DNA of 64,000 nt, from NCBI GenBank assembly GCA_963842525.1, contig CAWJGT010000009.1:224001-288000 (forward strand). The letters run 5' to 3'. Below, in pieces: positions 19,634 through 31,151 of the stretch. The notes beneath the pieces are model-generated. The model did not search any database and was not told the origin of the DNA. It saw nothing but the letters and a program-made list of their open reading frames with translations. The position numbers were made by a program, and so were the translations under genes. Source of the stretch: an uncultured Holophagales bacterium (GTDB lineage: Bacteria > Acidobacteriota > Thermoanaerobaculia > Multivoradales > UBA5704). The first letter of the stretch is position 1; each line of letters starts with the position of its first letter.

Positions 19634-19653
19634 AATGTTCGGCAGGCACCTAT
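19633..19653 (+). repeat. 21-bp motif copy 3 GAATGTTCGGCAGGCACCTAT
   Basis: Seen directly. Confidence 0.85.
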
Positions 19654-19701
19654 TCGGGCAGAAGGAGCGCCGGAAGCGTGGCCGAGCATAAACCAATTGA
19701 T

Positions 19702-21519
19702 ATGCCAACCGCGAAACGAATGACCGAGGTCTCGAACGCGATCGTCGTCGCGTGCACGCCGCGAGCGGCCCACGAGGCGCTCCAACTCATGCAATCCCTG
19801 CGTGACCTCGGATACGCATTGGCGGAGGCTATCATATCCGTAGATTCCGATGCCAGCGCGTTCGATTCGATCGCCCGGAACAAGCTCATCATCGTTTGTA
19901 TTGCTGCCGACTTTGAAGCTCACGACGCGTTTCTCAACAGAATCATTGATGCGAAGAGGCCCGAGCAGCAACCAGTCTTAGTGCTGCGCGATATTTACCT
20001 TGAGCAACTGCCACCTCGCTTCCTAATTCACTGCCTCAGTAGCTACTTGGAGTGGTCGACACCGACGAGCGTCTCAGCCAATGCAGTTCCGATTCTTGAG
20101 GAGTTCGTTTCGGCATCGGGTAATCATCCTCTCGTCTCGTATGCTAAAGAGCAAGCCGCAATGCCTCTTATCGAGGTCGAGTTCACTCTCAGGCAGGTGG
20201 CCCAGGGCGACTTGAATGAACTCGGAAAGCTTGGACTAGATTTTGTTTTTGAGGGTTACCGAGATCATGACTCTCGTGAGGTCAGGGAAGCAGCGCACAG
20301 AATCCAGGAGTACGCGAAGCAACACGGAGTTGACCATCAGTTCGATCTTACCCGTGACCGGAGGTTTGCCGGAGATAAATCCCTCGCCCGTGGCAAATAT
20401 TATACCGTGGCCGAAGATCAATCTGGATCTGATCGAGGAGTGCTCGTCGCGGAGCTAATGGCCTACTACAATCCCCTGCACTCCGGGATCATCGAGATCT
20501 ACGATCTGACCGTTCCGGCCTACAAGCAGGTCTTCCAGCGTAGGTATGGGCTCGAAATTTGTCGACGGGCGGGTGTCAGCTTGCCCGAGGATGGTCTCGT
20601 GGTCGTGTATTTTCTGCCAAGCTGCAAAGCCCACCCGTTCGGGCACCTGGTCAGCAGCAACCAGACTCTGGCCTTCATTACGATACCGGTGACGGTGACG
20701 ACGCAGAGAATACCGGGGGTCCTGGACCTTCGGCAGCCCGCAGTCGCCGATTGGTTCGCAAAGCACTTTTCGTCTTTGGTCTGGAACCGGGATGGGGTCA
20801 ATGTGCCGGTGTTTCCGAATAAGGAGCCAGTTAGTAACTTCCGGGAGATCCTGCCGTCTCTCTTGACACAGCAGTTAGGGGGAGGCGGGTTCACGAAAGT
20901 TGTGGGTTGGTGGCTCCGAAGACACGGTGTGCGCGGGCTTGTGTTCCCGTCCGCACGTTATGACAGCAGCTTGAAGGCTTCAAACGGGAAGTGCGTGTCG
21001 TTCAGCGGCTGGAATTTGGTTGACTATCGGGGTTCTTCCCTGGGCGACGTCGATCTACGGATAGACGTAAGCTCAACGTGGCCGGACATCATTGAGAATT
21101 CTCCCGACGGGTTGCTGGATGCGCTAATGGGGAAGCAACCCGTTCGATACACAGACGTAGACCTGAAGTATACCAGGACAGGGGAAGCGGCTGGGAGCTG
21201 GGAGGTAACTGGATTGGTTGCCCGCCGGCTCGCCACCACACAAGTCGCCAAAGTGTTCTCGCAACTGGCTGGGCTGGAGATCTCAGACGAGAGCAAGAGA
21301 GTGCTGGGTAGCTGGTTGCTTTCGATGCAGCCGAATCAGGCCCGGACAGCACACGCAGACGTTTTGATCTGGGCATTGCTCGGCGTCGAGCAGGCGAAGG
21401 CGGATATCCTCGCCTGGAAGTCTGCGGCAGAGTCAGGCAAACATCACGAGCTGGCAGGCGCTTTTGACGATGTTGTTAAGAACTCTCGAGTGTTTCCAAG
21501 CCAATCTGGATATGAATAG
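19702..21519 (+). CDS. Putative TIR-like + RES-domain protein (integron-type gene cassette)
   Basis: Lower GC; N-terminal flavodoxin/TIR-like beta-alpha pattern; VLDLR..GLVFPSAR..NLV RES signature; followed by an attC. Confidence 0.6.
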   Translation: MPTAKRMTEVSNAIVVACTPRAAHEALQLMQSLRDLGYALAEAIISVDSDASAFDSIARNKLIIVCIAADFEAHDAFLNRIIDAKRPEQQPVLVLRDIYLEQLPPRFLIHCLSSYLEWSTPTSVSANAVPILEEFVSASGNHPLVSYAKEQAAMPLIEVEFTLRQVAQGDLNELGKLGLDFVFEGYRDHDSREVREAAHRIQEYAKQHGVDHQFDLTRDRRFAGDKSLARGKYYTVAEDQSGSDRGVLVAELMAYYNPLHSGIIEIYDLTVPAYKQVFQRRYGLEICRRAGVSLPEDGLVVVYFLPSCKAHPFGHLVSSNQTLAFITIPVTVTTQRIPGVLDLRQPAVADWFAKHFSSLVWNRDGVNVPVFPNKEPVSNFREILPSLLTQQLGGGGFTKVVGWWLRRHGVRGLVFPSARYDSSLKASNGKCVSFSGWNLVDYRGSSLGDVDLRIDVSSTWPDIIENSPDGLLDALMGKQPVRYTDVDLKYTRTGEAAGSWEVTGLVARRLATTQVAKVFSQLAGLEISDESKRVLGSWLLSMQPNQARTAHADVLIWALLGVEQAKADILAWKSAAESGKHHELAGAFDDVVKNSRVFPSQSGYE

Positions 21520-21639
21520 TAAAGGCTATCGTACGCGACGGGCTGTGTTGCCGAGAGCACGTCCGCCCGGTGCGGCTGAACGGACCATCGTCGGGGAATC
21601 TCTTGGCCTGAACCAGGCGACCGCGGGCCATCGAGGGCG

Positions 21640-22412
21640 GCATAACCAGCACGTGAGCCCGACGGGTTCGCCCGCGGGTTACGCGCATCCCGTGTGTGCC
21701 AGGCATGGCACAGAACTGAAGAGGTGAAAGCCCTCTGCCAGGTGTTCGCAGAGCCGAAGGCTAGGATAAGGCAAGGGCGTCATCGCGAGGTGGGGTCTGA
21801 AGGAAGCCTGATTCCAAAACTGCGGGGCGACGAACAGGAACCAGATATGAGGTGTGGTCCATCCGGGACGAGCTGGCACGGAACAGCGAAGTCCTCCTTC
21901 TGCGATTGGGGTGGGCTTTATAAATCTGGCGCTTATGCAGTGAAAGTTCTGTGTCTTACCCTGGGAGATCTGCTCGGTGTTCGGTGGGAGCCGAACTGAG
22001 TGGGGAGCAATCCCTTCTGACCGCCGTGCAGAAGTCAGCAGAGGGCATAGTAGAGGCGAGAGCCTTGAAGGCCTGAACGGTGCCCCGGCCAGGAGCGGGG
22101 TGAATGAGAGGAGAAGTCGCTTCGTGAGGAACCACGGCATTGCATCTGTCAAGCAGCGAAAGCTGCCTCTGGCTTGTCCAGAGGATGAAGCCGGGGTTAG
22201 GTCACGGGGAGGACACTCCGGTTTGTCCCACGAACCGGCTGGAGCGGGAGTTGGAGCCATCCAACCCAACATCAGTTCCCGCGACGGCAGTTCGCCGAAG
22301 GGCGAATGGCAAGAGGGGCCGACCAATCAGCCGAACCGCCGTGTACGTGACCCGTATGCACGGTGGTGTGGGAGGAGGGGGTCCGTGAGGGCCCCCCCTA
22401 TCCCGATTGGCC
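21640..22412 (+). other. attC site (59 bp when reconstructed) interrupted by a group II intron
   Basis: GCATAAC-CAGCA-CGTGAGCCCGACGGG-TTCG-CCCGCGGGTTACG-CGCATCCC-GT|TGGCC, with two unpaired bases on the left arm. Confidence 0.8.
21694..22407 (+). mobile_element. Group IIC intron ribozyme lacking its RT ORF
   Basis: 5' GTGTGCC; TTACCCTGGGAGATCT and AGAAGTCAGCAGAGG..GAAGG..GAAC junctions; short DV GAACCGCCGTGTACG..CGGTGGTGTGGGAGG; 3' CCTATCCCGAT. Confidence 0.93.
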
Positions 22413-22516
22413 GTCGCAACTTGCCCGCTCCTCCTGCGGGCGGTAGGTCGTCGACCACAAACGAGCGCTTTGCCAATTCCGGATCCATCGCAACCCTCCA
22501 TGGCCTTGTCGGGGAA

Positions 22517-23107
22517 TTAGGCCGGGCCAAGGACTTTGCGCAGGAGCCGGTCGAACTCGGGAATCCGCTCCGGTGTGTCCAAGATTTGAGCGAACTCACG
22601 GACGAAAGCACGCACTCTCTCCAGATCGATACGGTCTCCATGCAGCGTGAGTAGCTGCTCAATGTCGTATCGATCCCGATCCCTCCAGGCAAGCGCTTTG
22701 TAGATCACGAGGTCTTCGGGAACCGCCACCGGGATCTTCACCCCTCCGAAGCTTACCTCGACGGCTCTCTCCAGGGCTTCCTGCTCGAAGGAGGAAAAGG
22801 CCAAGCTGATTTCCAGGGTGACCTGCGTCTTCTCATGCACGAGCAAGAGGACTTGGCTCTCCTCGGCAAACTCCAGGATGTCTGCAATCCGAGGACGAAT
22901 CGAGCACCCTGCCAGGACTTCGAGAATTTGGGAAGTATCCAGTCGAGTGGCGAGGACCGTAGCATCGATATCGACGGTCTGGCGAGCTACTCCGTGAGCG
23001 ATGACCGCGATTCCCCCGATCACCATACTAGGGGCTTCGATCCGCTGGAGAGCTTTCGTCAGGTCGGCGAGAGCCTTAAGGATCTTCTGGCTTGGCCGCT
23101 TTGCCAT
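22517..23107 (-). CDS. Nucleotidyltransferase (AbiEii/DUF6036-like)
   Basis: IGGIAV..R.TVDID..EDLVIYK..RDRDRYDI. Confidence 0.8.
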   Translation of the reverse strand: MAKRPSQKILKALADLTKALQRIEAPSMVIGGIAVIAHGVARQTVDIDATVLATRLDTSQILEVLAGCSIRPRIADILEFAEESQVLLLVHEKTQVTLEISLAFSSFEQEALERAVEVSFGGVKIPVAVPEDLVIYKALAWRDRDRYDIEQLLTLHGDRIDLERVRAFVREFAQILDTPERIPEFDRLLRKVLGPA

Positions 23108-23345
23108 GGGCTTGGTAGAAGCTGCGGACACGGACCCAGCGCCTCCGCGCCAGCTCGTTGTCGCGACGGCGAGCTTCATTTTCGGGAGGAGGCCAGCCGT
23201 GCATTTTGCCGAACAGGTCCATGAGCTCCAAGGACCCCTGGACGGCCGTAGCGATATCAGGCCCCGCCTTGCGGCGTTCTTTGCGCTCTTGCGCCTCAGC
23301 AGCCTGCCACCCAGCCACCATGCGGCGCACGTCTTCCGGGTTCAT
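23076..23345 (-). CDS. Small partner (antitoxin-like) gene of the nucleotidyltransferase
   Basis: 89-aa helical ORF overlapping the NTase start; TATACT -10 just upstream. Confidence 0.6.
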   Translation of the reverse strand: MNPEDVRRMVAGWQAAEAQERKERRKAGPDIATAVQGSLELMDLFGKMHGWPPPENEARRRDNELARRRWVRVRSFYQAHGKAAKPEDP

Positions 23346-23395
23346 GGGACAGAGTATACGCGCCTGCCACTCCAAGCTTCGAGCTACGAGGTAGC

Positions 23396-24305
23396 TTACA
23401 AGGAGGACGCAACCGCCGCTGCCACCCTGGCGTTGTTCCGCAGCAGCGTGAGGTTGGCGGTCTTGCTCCTCCCTGCCGTGAGCTCGGCGACGCGGGTCAG
23501 CAGGAAGGGGGTCACAGGTTTGCCGCGGAGGCCCTGGGCGGCGGCTTCGTGGACGGCCTGGGCGATGGCGGCTTCCATGTCGGCCGCGGGGATGGCGGCG
23601 TCTTCCGGGCAGGGAACGCAGAGGAGCAGACCGCTCGCGGGGCTGTGGGACCACAGCTCACGGGCGATCGCGGCCACGTCGCCGGGCGTGTCGGCCCGCG
23701 CTTCGAGGGGGAGGCCGCTCTCGCGCGAGTAGAAGGCGGGGGAGCTCATCGGTCTGGTAGCCGACGACCGGGACGCCCCAGGTCTCCAGCCATTCCAGGG
23801 TCGCGGGCAGGTCGAGGATTGCCTTGGCTCCCGCGCAGACGACGAGGACGGGGGTGCGCGCCAGCTCGGGCAGGTCGGCGGAGACGTCGGTGTGGTCGCC
23901 GCGCTCGCTGCGATGAACGCCGCCGATGCCGCCGGTGGCCATCACCCGGATTCCGGCCGCGTGGGCCGCGATCATCGTGCCGGCGACGGTCGTCGCGCCG
24001 TCCCTCTGCTGGGCGATCGCCACCGGGAGATCGCGGCGGCTGATTTTCCAGATGCCGGGCGCGCGGGCGAGGTGCTTGAGGGCGCTGTCCTCCAGGCCGA
24101 TGTGGATGCGCCCGCCGAGGAGAGCGATGGTGGCCGGCTCGGCGCCGCCGGCACGCACCTCGGCCTCCATGCCGCGCGCCAGCTCGAGGTTCTCCGGCCA
24201 GGGCAGGCCGTGCGAGATGACGGTCGATTCGAGCGCGACCACGGGGCGGCCGGCGTCCAGGGCGGCGCGCACCGCTGGATGGAGGACGAGGTTCGGGTCG
24301 GGCAT
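23396..24305 (-). CDS. psuG: Pseudouridine-5'-phosphate glycosidase, 1-nt frameshift in a C-run near 23740
   Basis: [36 protein letters not shown]; C-terminal [12 protein letters not shown] is in the next frame. Confidence 0.92.
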
Positions 24306-24310
24306 TTTCC

Positions 24311-25759
<1,449 letters not shown>

Positions 25760-25799
25760 GGGAAGGCTTCCTTATTTATGGTGGTGCCGGCGGCCGTGG

Positions 25800-25909
25800 G
25801 CCCTCACCCCCGGCCCCTCTCCCATCCGCACTCCCCACCCCCGGGAGAGGGGAGCCCCCCACCCGGGGAGCTCCCTGCCTTTGCATCTTCCCCCCTCTCC
25901 CGGTGAGGG
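25800..25909. repeat. CCCTCACCCC/GGGAGAGGGG REP-family element
   Basis: CCCTCACCCCCGGCCCCTCTCCC..GGGAGAGGGG. Confidence 0.75.
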
Positions 25910-27108
25910 CTCCGCGGCAACATCAGCCTGAAAATCGTCCCCTCCTCCGATGTCCCCAGCAGCTCCAGGTCGCCGCCGTGGTCGAGGAGGATCTTCTTGG
26001 AGATGGCCAGGCCGAGGCCCATGCCCTGGCCCAGCGGGCGGGTGGTGACGTAGGGCTCGAAGACCCGGGCGCGGATCGTGGCCGGGATGCCCGGTCCGTC
26101 GTCGGCGACGTCGAGGACCACGTCCCGGGTCGTTCCCGAGAGCCGCAGGGTGACGGTGCCGCGGCGCTCTCCAAGGGCGAGCGCGCTGTTGTCGCAGAGG
26201 TTCACCAGGGCCTGGCGCAGCATCTCGCGGTCCACGGGGACCGTGAAGTCTCCCGCCGCGGGCGGCTCGCAGCGGAGAGTCAGGTTCGGCCAGGCGCGAG
26301 CGAAGGTCTCGGCGGTCTCTTCCACGACTTGCCGCAGGTCGTGCGCCTCCAGGCGGGGCTGCGGCAGGCGGGCGAAGGAGGTGAACTGGCGGGTGAAGCG
26401 GCCGAGGCGGTCGAGCTCCTCGGCCACGCTGCCCGCCACCTGCCGGACCTCCCCGGCCGGCGGCAGCTCCTCGCCGGCCAGGAGCTCCTGGAGCCGCGAC
26501 AGCTCGAGCTGGGCGGCGCCGAGAGGGGTCCGCATCTCGTGGGCGTGGCGGCGCGCCGTCTCCTGCCAGCGCGAGAGGTTCTCCATGGCCGCGAGGCGCC
26601 GCCGGTCCCGGGCCATGAGGCGCGAGACCTCTTCCACCATGACGGCGATCCGTCCGAGCGTGTCCCGGCCGCGGTCGCCGACCTCGACCGTGTCCTGGCC
26701 CGACGAGAGGCGGACCAGGGCATCGCGCAAGCGGGCGATCCGGCGTTCCCGCCGCCCCTGCCGCACCAGGTGCGCGCCGCCCGCCGTCAGCAGGATGCCG
26801 CCGACGAGCCCGAGGAGGATCAGCTCGTAGCGGCGGAGGATCGCCCCCCGGTTGTGCTCCAGGATGCGCAGGTGCTCGAGGAGCGTCTGGGCCTCGTCGA
26901 AGCGGCGGCGGTAGCCGGCGCTCCGCTCCGGCTCCAGGCGGGCGAGCCGTTTCTGGTCGTCCCGCGACCGTTCGAGGGCGGCGATCACCTCGGGCTGGAC
27001 GCCGAGGCGAAACCAGGAGGCCGAGACCTGCCGTTCGAACAGCCAGAGGACGGCCGCCGCGGCGAGCAGGAGACCGGCGAGCGTCGCGGCGGCCGAGCGC
27101 CAGCTCAC
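25804..27108 (-). CDS. Membrane sensor histidine kinase (NtrY-like)
   Basis: Two TMs, HAMP, AHEMRTPL, NLCDNS, DDGPG, GMGLGL. Confidence 0.9.
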   Translation of the reverse strand: MSWRSAAATLAGLLLAAAAVLWLFERQVSASWFRLGVQPEVIAALERSRDDQKRLARLEPERSAGYRRRFDEAQTLLEHLRILEHNRGAILRRYELILLGLVGGILLTAGGAHLVRQGRRERRIARLRDALVRLSSGQDTVEVGDRGRDTLGRIAVMVEEVSRLMARDRRRLAAMENLSRWQETARRHAHEMRTPLGAAQLELSRLQELLAGEELPPAGEVRQVAGSVAEELDRLGRFTRQFTSFARLPQPRLEAHDLRQVVEETAETFARAWPNLTLRCEPPAAGDFTVPVDREMLRQALVNLCDNSALALGERRGTVTLRLSGTTRDVVLDVADDGPGIPATIRARVFEPYVTTRPLGQGMGLGLAISKKILLDHGGDLELLGTSEEGTIFRLMLPRSPHRERGEDAKAGSSPGGGLPSPGGGECGWERGRG

Positions 27109-27779
27109 TGCTTCCTCCCCGTACCCGTCGCGGACGGGAAGATGAGATTCCACTCCTGCTCCAGCAGGGCCGAGCGCTGGATCGAGGTGGCCAGCAGCAG
27201 GTTGAGGACTTGGCCAAGCGTCTCCGGCTGCTCTTCCAGGGCCCGCGAGACCGCTCCGGCGCTGCCCGGCTCCTCGGCCGCGAGGGCCTGCGAGAACCAG
27301 CGCTGGGTCTCGAGCTGCTCGGACTGCGAGAAGGGGATGAGCCGCAGCCGCACCTCGACCCGCCAGGGCGGCTGGTCCGCGGCCCGCGGCAGCCGGGCCA
27401 CGTCGAGCTTCACCTCCCGCCACCATGCGGCGAGGCGCTCGAAGCTCGGGAAGCTCGTGCGGACGGCGCGGCCCGCGGCGTCGATCCGGGTCACCAGGTA
27501 CACCTCGTCCCACAGCTCGTAGCGGATGTCCACGCGGGCGCCGCCGTCCACCCGCCCGCGGCCCGGCACGGTGGCGCGCACATGGAAGGCCAGCGTCGTC
27601 GTGAGGCCGGTCGCGAGCTGTTTGCGGACCTCGGCGTCGCCCAGGAGGGGAGGGAAGCCGGTGAGGGCGGCCCAGTCGCCGGCCGAGGGCTCCAGCCGCG
27701 GGGGAGGCGGATCGGGCGCGGCGGCCAGGAGGCCCGGGAGCAGCAAAAGCAGCGCCGCCGGCAGCGCGGCGCGCCTCAC
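27105..27779 (-). CDS. DUF4390-like periplasmic protein
   Basis: Signal peptide, IRYELWDEVY motif, position in a kinase operon. Confidence 0.65.
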   Translation of the reverse strand: MRRAALPAALLLLLPGLLAAAPDPPPPRLEPSAGDWAALTGFPPLLGDAEVRKQLATGLTTTLAFHVRATVPGRGRVDGGARVDIRYELWDEVYLVTRIDAAGRAVRTSFPSFERLAAWWREVKLDVARLPRAADQPPWRVEVRLRLIPFSQSEQLETQRWFSQALAAEEPGSAGAVSRALEEQPETLGQVLNLLLATSIQRSALLEQEWNLIFPSATGTGRKQ

Positions 27780-29194
27780 GGCAGCACCTCTCCGAGGTCC
27801 AGGTAGACGAAGCCCACCCGCAGCCGGCCCCATTGGTTGCGGAAGACGAGCCCCGTCGAAACCTGGAGCCTCTCCATGGGGTTGGGGGTTTGCGCCAGGC
27901 CAAGGTCCGGCGAGGTGGTCTCCATGCCGAGCTCTACGCCGGTCTCGAAGCGCAGGTCACCGAATCCGCGGTCGCCGCGAGACCGCCAGAGGCTCACCGC
28001 ATGCCGGAAGCCGGCGGACGCTCCGAAGACGTCGAGGTCCGTCCTGGCGATGGGGCCATCGAGGGTGGGCAGGTTGTGGACGGTGGAGGTGCCGACCGAG
28101 AGCCGTCCTGTCCCGGAGATCGTCTGGCGGGGAGTGATCGACCAGTGGCGGGTGGCGGAGAAGGACGCTGCGACGTACTCGGACTCGAACGGCGGCAGCT
28201 CTTCGATCCTGAATCCCGGGGCCTCTTCCTGGAGCCGGAACCAGAGCAGCCGCTCGGACTCCAGGGTGGAGCGCTCGACTCCGGCCGTGAGTGTCAGGCC
28301 CCGGGTCGGCAGCAGCGGATCGTCGCTGGTGTCCAGGACCCACTGGATCTCGGCGCGCTCGTAGGTCACATCCGAGCCGATGCTGGTGACATCCAGGAAA
28401 GACCGGAAGTCCTGGGTTTCGAGGATCTCCCGCCGTATGGACCCGTTGCCGGTCCTGCGGCTCCATCCCATCTGGAGCGACTGGCTGGTCCGCAGCGGGA
28501 CGGCAAGGTGGAACGAGGCTTTCTCGGACTCGGTCCATTGCCAGGTGACGAACCCGGGGTCGAGCCCGAAGGGGACCGCCTCGCGGACGCAGCAGAGCCC
28601 GTTGTACGAGTAGCTGACCCCGGCCAGGATGCCGCGGCCGAAGAGGTTGTAGTGCGTGTAGCCCGCCTGGACGCCCTCCACGTTGTCGAGGCTCGCGAAG
28701 AGGACGCCGGAGCGGCCGGTGAACAGGCGGGCTCCGATCAGGCCCGGCAGGTTGTAGACGACGTCCGCACCGTCCCCGAAGCTCCCGTCGAGGTCCACCG
28801 GCTGGTCGAAGAAGAAGAGGCGGAAAGAGTGGTCGTAGAAAAACCAGCGAGCCGGCTGGGCCTGGATGACCAGCTCGTAGGCGCCGCGTGCGCTCCCCTT
28901 GCGCAGCGAGAATGTCGCGTCGAGCACGAAGGGGAGGCGGTGGACCCGGTAGACCGCCTGGCGCAGCTCGTCCTCGGTGTAGGTCTGCCCTTCCCGGAGC
29001 AGCGTCTCGGCCTTGACGATCCGCGCGGCGGCCTCGCGCGTCCCCTCGACGGAGATCTTCTCGATCAGCAGCCGCGGCGGCTCCGCGTTCACCTCCTGTG
29101 CGCGGACGGAGACCGCGGCCAGCAGGAGGAGCGCTCCGAGCAGTAGTGCCCGAGGTCGCCGGGGCCGGGGGAATCGGAATGCAGAAGCCATCAT
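27776..29194 (-). CDS. Outer-membrane protein, single POTRA + Omp85-like barrel
   Basis: IEKISVEG..LREGQTY..LPF POTRA; NLFGRG and DDPLLPTRG barrel motifs. Confidence 0.75.
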   Translation of the reverse strand: MMASAFRFPRPRRPRALLLGALLLLAAVSVRAQEVNAEPPRLLIEKISVEGTREAAARIVKAETLLREGQTYTEDELRQAVYRVHRLPFVLDATFSLRKGSARGAYELVIQAQPARWFFYDHSFRLFFFDQPVDLDGSFGDGADVVYNLPGLIGARLFTGRSGVLFASLDNVEGVQAGYTHYNLFGRGILAGVSYSYNGLCCVREAVPFGLDPGFVTWQWTESEKASFHLAVPLRTSQSLQMGWSRRTGNGSIRREILETQDFRSFLDVTSIGSDVTYERAEIQWVLDTSDDPLLPTRGLTLTAGVERSTLESERLLWFRLQEEAPGFRIEELPPFESEYVAASFSATRHWSITPRQTISGTGRLSVGTSTVHNLPTLDGPIARTDLDVFGASAGFRHAVSLWRSRGDRGFGDLRFETGVELGMETTSPDLGLAQTPNPMERLQVSTGLVFRNQWGRLRVGFVYLDLGEVLP

Positions 29195-29596
29195 GGGCTC
29201 ACCTCTCCTCGTCCGGTCGGGGGCGGGATCGCCCGCGACGGCGGCCGCGGAAGGGGCAAGGCCGGTGCCGTCCTCGCGCCGCACCGGGAGGGAGCATGGA
29301 TCTCCCGGGAAACAAAGGTCTTCCAGGCGCGGAGGAAGCCTGTGGGAACGGCCGTCCGTCCTGCGGAATCGTATGGAGAAGCATACACCCTGTGCGGGAA
29401 ACCGTCCTGCGGGACATAAAAAAACGCGGAGGATTCCTCCGCGAAACCAAATCACAGATTTCGATCGCAACCGAACCCGCGAGGCGTGGGGCGGCAACCG
29501 GAGAGAGGGGTTCCCCGCGCCTCGCGAAGTTTTCGGGTCTCTAAGAGTGGTAGTGCTCCGGAGCGAGAAAAGCGAGCCAGGGAAACGAGGAATCCT

Positions 29597-29971
29597 CTAC
29601 CGTGAGTCCTGGGGGAGGATCAGCAGGACGAGCTGGTTCAAGTGATAGGCGATGGCCTGGGTGTGCTCGGAGACGGCCCGCAGCAGAGGCTCCCGCTCCG
29701 CCGGGAACGGTGCCGCGGCCTGCTGGGCCTCGCCGTTCTCCACGGCGACGCGCTGGTTGCGCTCCCCCCAGGCCGCCTCTTCGAGGACCTGGGGCTCGAC
29801 GCCGAGGCCCAGGGAGAGCTTGGCGAACATGTCCGCGCGCGGCATGCGGTCGCCGCCCTCATAGATGCTCCACGCGGAGGGGCTGATACCCGCGATGTCT
29901 GCGCATTCCTTCTGCGTGCGGGGGCCCCGCAACTTCTTGATCGCCCGTCCGAGGTCTTCCTTTCCGAACAT
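29597..29971 (-). CDS. XRE-family HTH regulator
   Basis: IKKLR..TQKECA..GIS..WSIYEGGDRMP. Confidence 0.85.
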   Translation of the reverse strand: MFGKEDLGRAIKKLRGPRTQKECADIAGISPSAWSIYEGGDRMPRADMFAKLSLGLGVEPQVLEEAAWGERNQRVAVENGEAQQAAAPFPAEREPLLRAVSEHTQAIAYHLNQLVLLILPQDSR

Positions 29972-30354
29972 GGGCCCATCATAGAAAGGCGGTTCTTCAA
30001 AGGCAATCCAAGTAAAGCAGAATCAAGAAGTTACGGGGAACGAGCAGAAGTGGTCGGCGGACGTTATCGAGCGCGTGTGAGGTCCATGGAGGACAACATT
30101 CCGTGATCGTTCGACCGAAATCTATTTACGCGCGGCGTAGAGCTTGGAGCGCGGAAAATGTCGCGGCAAGTAGCGCTTTCGGGCCTCTACGGGCACGGAG
30201 GGGCGTATCGCTCCTCCTTCCGGGGGTCCGGGCCCGGCCAGCCTGTTGCCTTGAAGGGGGCGGGGACATCAAGGAGGGTGATGCCCCAACTCCGGAGCCG
30301 ATCGGCAACGGTCTGTGGGGGCAGGCGGCGGAGGTGGGTAGGTAACCTCGTTGC

Positions 30355-30753
30355 TCAGACGGCCGGAAACGACACCCACGGAAGGTCGTCGATATGGCTG
30401 AAGTGGGGATCGGAGGAGATGAGATCCGCGTTGGCTTCGAACGCGTGCGCCGCAATCCAGATGTCGTTGGTCGGGATGGGCCGCCCTTTCTTCCGCAACG
30501 CGGCAGAAATCCGCCCGAACCGATCGGCGGTATCCCAGGTGACCAGTAGCAGGCGAACGTTCGGATCTTCGAGGAAAGATTTGAGCGCTCGGGCATTCTC
30601 TTCGTAGCGCGAGCCGTTCCGGAAGCCGAACAGCAGCTCGCCTACGACGACGATCGACAAGAGCACCTCTTCCGAGCTTCTCACCTGCTCGGCGACGAAT
30701 TCGTGACCCTGCCGTAAGGCCGAGTAGGCGTTGGTATCGAGAAGGACTCTCAC
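30355..30753 (-). CDS. vapC: VapC PIN toxin
   Basis: LLDTNAY..GEL..PIPTNDIWIAA..SD.HF. Confidence 0.92.
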   Translation of the reverse strand: MRVLLDTNAYSALRQGHEFVAEQVRSSEEVLLSIVVVGELLFGFRNGSRYEENARALKSFLEDPNVRLLLVTWDTADRFGRISAALRKKGRPIPTNDIWIAAHAFEANADLISSDPHFSHIDDLPWVSFPAV

Positions 30754-31031
30754 TGCCAGAAGGATTCGTCGACCTGCTCGAAGATCTCGACGGCCTTGAG
30801 GACTTCGGCTCCCTGCTCCGCCGACCAGGTGCCGATGAAGCGATCCAGAGCATGGCCGATCGCCTTGGGCGGCTCGTAGGCTCCCCGATCCTCTTGCCCT
30901 TCTTGGCGAACGAGCGTCAGGCGCACCGTCCGACCGCCAGTGCTCGTGATGACGACCTCCCGCCCAGCGGCTGCCTCCTCAATCAGCTCACCGAGATGTC
31001 CTTCCGCTTCCTTGAGGCTGACCTTGATCAT
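30750..31031 (-). CDS. Antitoxin with Phd-like N-terminus
   Basis: VSLKEAEGHLGELIEEA..EVVIT; overlaps vapC start. Confidence 0.75.
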   Translation of the reverse strand: MIKVSLKEAEGHLGELIEEAAAGREVVITSTGGRTVRLTLVRQEGQEDRGAYEPPKAIGHALDRFIGTWSAEQGAEVLKAVEIFEQVDESFWQ

Positions 31032-31151
31032 GGGGAGGAGGATACCACTCCTGTCCAAGCCTGAGGCAGCCCGCAGAGGCGGGTAGTGTCCAGAGAGGGT
31101 GCCGATCCTTCCAGGATGCGGAGGGAAATGTCTTTCAGAGGGGATAGAAAA

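Noticed and set aside
19504-19701. SIR2-like N-terminal extension of the 671-aa ORF
   Set aside because: It starts inside the IS end without an RBS and crosses the repeat motif; probably a chance in-frame fusion
21679-22654. ORFs overlapping the group II intron as an intron-encoded protein
   Set aside because: No RT motifs (no YADD); they span ribozyme domains
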